This document shows, one piece after another, positions 62,820-64,000 of a stretch of 64,000 nucleotides of DNA; positions within the stretch are counted from its first letter, which is position 1; the number at the start of each line of letters is the position of its first letter. The DNA is taken from the NCBI GenBank assembly GCA_964598725.1, contig CAZRCW010000002.1:226282-290281 (forward strand), in the 5' to 3' direction. Position numbers and translations under genes: made by a program. The notes under the pieces are model-generated. The model ran no database searches. It was given only the letters and a program-made list of their open reading frames with translations, and was not told the DNA's origin. Origin of the DNA: an uncultured Gammaproteobacteria bacterium (GTDB lineage: Bacteria; Patescibacteriota; Patescibacteriia; 2-12-FULL-60-25).

Positions 62820-63398
62820 TTATCTCTTCACCCGTTCAAGCCAGTCCGGTACTGGCCCAAACGCAATCGACGGACATGCATCGAACTCTTCTTCCGTAAT
62901 CGCGTAATGCCGTTGATAGACGTTTTCGACGCTTCCGAAGAGAGCGTCGTTCCAATCAAAGCCAAGCGCAGCGGCCACTTCACGCACCACTTCTTCGGTT
63001 GGTCCTTCGATTTCCATAAACGATGGGATCCAAGGCCAGGTATCAATCGTGAGGGAACAGTCTTTCCACTCCCAAGTTTCACGCTTCGTTTCTTGCAGGG
63101 CTTTGCCGCTTAGTCCCATCGCCTCCAGTAACTCTACCGCACGCGCAAAGTCATCAACGATCACTTCGATCTCTTTTGTTCCGTGAAGCGTCCGTTCGAA
63201 TGTGCGCTTGTACGTCATGGTGACGCGGTCACCTTCATCTCGGACGCGTAACCATGCGTTATCACCTGTCGGGCCGTTGAAATTAATACGTTTCATGAGA
63301 CGCTCAGGCTGAACACACATCGCGCCCACCTCTCGCAAAAGCTTACGTAGCTGCTCCGTATCGATATCAGGAAACTTCGCTTCAATTTCGGTTTGCAT
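62820..63398 (-). CDS. CYTH domain protein (class IV adenylate cyclase / triphosphatase fold)
   Basis: The N-terminal EIEAKF motif (MQTEIEAKFPDID) is present. 192 aa. Confidence 0.7.
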   Translation of the reverse strand: MQTEIEAKFPDIDTEQLRKLLREVGAMCVQPERLMKRINFNGPTGDNAWLRVRDEGDRVTMTYKRTFERTLHGTKEIEVIVDDFARAVELLEAMGLSGKALQETKRETWEWKDCSLTIDTWPWIPSFMEIEGPTEEVVREVAAALGFDWNDALFGSVENVYQRHYAITEEEFDACPSIAFGPVPDWLERVKR

Positions 63399-63403
63399 AG
63401 AAG

Positions 63404-63916
63404 TTATTTATTTTGAGCCAAATACACTTCAAGAAATGCGAGGGTTGTCTGTGTATTGAAGAGGGCGGACTGATAGGCATCAGTTTCTGGATGCTGGTTC
63501 CCCGTTTGCTCGATCTGCCGAATCTCCGCCTGCAATAACTGGATCGCTTCTGAAATCGGCGTCCAGGCTTTTGTTCTTTGGCGTTCACTCGCACTTTTTG
63601 TGATCGGATCACTCACTTGCTCAACGAAATTGGCAAAAAATCCATGGATTTCATAGCGTTTTTTGTAGACATCGCGAAACTGAACAACCTGACCCAAAGG
63701 ATGTAGCTCGCCGATCGTTACCCCAGCCTCTTCTAGACATTCACGACGAACTCCCTCCTCGATGGATTCGTGTTCTTCGATTCCTCCACCAAGCAATAGC
63801 CCTCCAAATAATAGAACCTCGCCTGCTTCATTCAACACAATCACTTTACCGGTGAGTCGTGTCGCATAATCTGTCGGTTCTTCTTCTTGTGATTTCAGAA
63901 TGCGTAGTGGATGCAT
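63404..63916 (-). CDS. NUDIX hydrolase
   Basis: The Nudix box is GGGIEEHESIEEGVRRECLEEAG. Confidence 0.8.
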   Translation of the reverse strand: MHPLRILKSQEEEPTDYATRLTGKVIVLNEAGEVLLFGGLLLGGGIEEHESIEEGVRRECLEEAGVTIGELHPLGQVVQFRDVYKKRYEIHGFFANFVEQVSDPITKSASERQRTKAWTPISEAIQLLQAEIRQIEQTGNQHPETDAYQSALFNTQTTLAFLEVYLAQNK

Positions 63917-64000
63917 AACGCGCTTTACTATACTCTGCGAGCTCTCAGAATCCCAACCAGGACAAGGGATAAGCGAAGAGCAGCGTGATCAAACTTCCCA

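Overview
The window looks like a 64 kb chromosomal segment of a small-genome bacterium. Gene content resembles Patescibacteria/CPR (inference): rplJ-rplL, tRNA-Thr followed by rpmG, murD-murI, FemAB, RNase J, C39-like peptidase, DUF2207, YibE/F, He_PIG-type surface proteins, and many tightly packed operons. I support about 75 protein genes, 4 tRNAs (Pro-CGG, Thr-UGU, Leu-CAG, Ala-UGC), a type-A RNase P RNA, an L33 gene missing from the ORF track, and a set of sigma70-like promoters and rho-independent terminators. I found no CRISPR array, rRNA, transposase, integrase or reverse transcriptase. The most striking signal is compositional. The roughly 50% GC backbone is interrupted by six short GC-rich islands (about 3480-4260, 11417-14553, 20990-21466, 25619-26480, 42083-42406, 48198-48887). 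Each carries one or two orphan ORFs with its own AT-rich, backbone-style promoter and its own hairpin terminator, and four of the six sit within a few hundred bp of a tRNA gene. Two tRNA-proximal cassettes are bracketed by duplicated hairpin modules. Other items worth a second look are a degenerate MetK-fold pseudoenzyme, a perfect 22-bp long-range inverted repeat enclosing a 30-codon ORF ahead of an ABC exporter, a domain shared by two surface proteins, and several divergent gene pairs whose start codons are 10 bp or less apart. All functional calls come from motif recognition by eye. No database search was run.
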